The notes beneath the pieces are model-generated. The model worked only from the letters and a program-made list of their open reading frames with translations. It was not told the origin of the DNA and made no database searches. Positions 62,489-64,000 of a stretch of 64,000 nucleotides of DNA are shown here, in pieces. Source of the stretch: Alphaproteobacteria bacterium (lineage in GTDB: Bacteria; Pseudomonadota; Alphaproteobacteria; UBA7887); assembly GCA_965216755.1 (NCBI GenBank), contig CBDCGL010000011.1:1472001-1536000 (forward strand). The letters are read 5' to 3'. Made by a program: the position numbers and the translations under genes. Positions within the stretch are counted from its first letter, which is position 1; each line of letters starts with the position of its first letter.

Positions 62489-63144
62489 CGGGTTGCGCGC
62501 TCCGCCAATAGCGCGTCGATATCTTGTGTCACTTTGTCGATGGTCGCCATGCCGTCTATTTTTCTGAGCAGACCACGTTCACGGTAATACGGAATCAACG
62601 GCGCCGTCTGTTGATGATACGCGCTGAGCCGCGCTCTGACGGTTTCCGCATTGTCGTCCTTTCGCCGTTTGAACGACTTAGATCCGCAAACGTCGCAAAC
62701 GCCGTCGACCTTTGTCGGCTTGAAACGATCGTGATATCCGGCGCCACAATTTTCGCATGAGAAGCGCCCTGCGACTCTTTCCACGAGTGCGTCGTCGTCG
62801 ACCTCAAAGACAATGACATGATCGATGCCCTGTCCCCGATCCGTCAGCAATTCATCCAATGCTTGTGCCTGGGCAATCGTCCGTGGGAACCCATCCAAGA
62901 TGTACCCCCGGGCACAATCCGGCTGGCCGATCCGGTCGGCGATGATCCCAATCACAACCTCGTCCGGTACCAGCTCACCCGCTTCCATGATCGCCTTTGC
63001 GCGCATGCCAACTTCACTTTTCGCCGCCACGGCGGCGCGCAACATGTCGCCGGTCGATAGATGTGCGAGACCGTGTTTGTCGTGAAGAGCCTGGGCCTGC
63101 GTGCCCTTTCCGCAGCCCGGCGGGCCAAACAAAATCAGGTTCAA
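62485..63144 (-). CDS. adk: Adenylate kinase (Zn-binding LID)
   Basis: GPPGCGKGTQ, STGDMLR, LDGFPR, CENC...CDVC LID. Confidence 0.97.
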   Translation of the reverse strand: MNLILFGPPGCGKGTQAQALHDKHGLAHLSTGDMLRAAVAAKSEVGMRAKAIMEAGELVPDEVVIGIIADRIGQPDCARGYILDGFPRTIAQAQALDELLTDRGQGIDHVIVFEVDDDALVERVAGRFSCENCGAGYHDRFKPTKVDGVCDVCGSKSFKRRKDDNAETVRARLSAYHQQTAPLIPYYRERGLLRKIDGMATIDKVTQDIDALLAERATR

Positions 63145-64000
63145 GACCGCCTTCCGCGCAGCTTGGATTTCTTGATCAGACCCTCATATTGATGGGCCAA
63201 AAGATGCGATTGGATTTGCGTTACAAAGTCCATATTTACGTTGACCACGATCAGCAGGCTGGTACCGCCAAAGTAGAATGGCAGTGCGTATTGCGAAATC
63301 AAGATCTCCGGTAGCACACAAACAGCCGACAGATAGACAGCGCCGACCGCGGTCAGCCGCGTAAGCACGTAATCCAGATATTCCGCCGTATTTTTTCCCG
63401 GCCGAATGCCTGGAATGAAGCCGCCATTACGCTTCAAATTGTCCGCCGTATCGGCTGGATTGAACACGACCGCCGTGTAGAAGAAGGCGAAAAATACGAT
63501 CAGGCCGATATACATGGCGATGTAGAGCGGTTGACCGTGCGCAATATAAGCACTGATCGCATTGAGCCAGTCGGGCCCCTGACCAGCCGAGAAGCTCAGG
63601 GCGGTGACCGGCAACAACAGCAGCGAACTGGCGAAGATCGGCGGGATCACGCCCGCTGTGTTGATTTTCAGCGGCAGGTGAGAACTCTCGCCACCAAACA
63701 TCCGGTTGCCAACTTGACGTTTTGGATATTGCACCAGGATCCGCCGCTGCGCCCGCTCGACAAACACGATGAACGAAATAACGGCAACCGCCATGACGAT
63801 AATGAAGATGATGAACAGGGCAGAGAGCGCGCCCGTGCGCCCAAGCTCCAACGTACCGGCGATGGCGCTCGGCAATTCGGCAACAATGCCCGCCATGATG
63901 ATCATGGAGATACCATTGCCAACCCCCCGGGCCGTGATTTGTTCGCCAAGCCACATCAGGAAAATCGTACCGCCGACCAGCGTGATGACGGTGGTCGCGC
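63141..64000 (-). CDS. secY: Preprotein translocase SecY (5' part lies outside the window)
   Basis: WLGEQIT.RGVGNG, NTAGVIPPIFA, FIPGIRPG, FGGTSLLI. Confidence 0.97.
   Translation of the reverse strand, partial: ATTVITLVGGTIFLMWLGEQITARGVGNGISMIIMAGIVAELPSAIAGTLELGRTGALSALFIIFIIVMAVAVISFIVFVERAQRRILVQYPKRQVGNRMFGGESSHLPLKINTAGVIPPIFASSLLLLPVTALSFSAGQGPDWLNAISAYIAHGQPLYIAMYIGLIVFFAFFYTAVVFNPADTADNLKRNGGFIPGIRPGKNTAEYLDYVLTRLTAVGAVYLSAVCVLPEILISQYALPFYFGGTSLLIVVNVNMDFVTQIQSHLLAHQYEGLIKKSKLRGRRS

Noticed and set aside
59970-63144. Absence of rpsD, rpmJ and infA from the secY-adk-rpsM-rpsK-rpoA-rplQ block
   Set aside because: This is the normal arrangement in Alphaproteobacteria

Overview
A GC-rich alphaproteobacterial chromosome segment. 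The rarA-crcB-RluA-HAD-AsmA-ATP12 block, lipB divergent from tRNA-Leu(GAG), and an alpha operon without rpsD suggest a Rhodospirillales-like organism (inference). The right end (52.7-64 kb) is core genome: secY, adk, rpsM, rpsK, rpoA, rplQ, a DegP/DegQ protease, rarA and neighbours. The middle is a dispersed branched-chain amino acid/propionate catabolic region: Leu/Val dehydrogenase, liuA/B/C/D-type genes, thiolase, mmsB and pccAB, with many single genes interleaved. The left end holds a c-di-GMP pair, one member of which is missing from the ORF track. The most notable observations are: (i) a family of 80-95 bp palindromic REP/MITE-like elements (core GGTGACAGTTTACTAAATAC), two of which bracket a 3.9-kb stress/metal cassette while a third sits at the breakpoint of a truncated histidine kinase-Hpt gene; (ii) an envelope cluster made of a 23-aa-repeat peptidoglycan-binding lipoprotein, an ankyrin-SPOR protein and a lipoprotein serine protease; (iii) a fused SoxYZ-like carrier plus SoxH-like metallohydrolase pair with no quinoprotein dehydrogenase in the window; (iv) a K+ channel gene inside the leucine-catabolic operon. 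I saw no CRISPR array, integrase, transposase, prophage or rRNA. All product calls come from motif recognition by eye; no searches were run.
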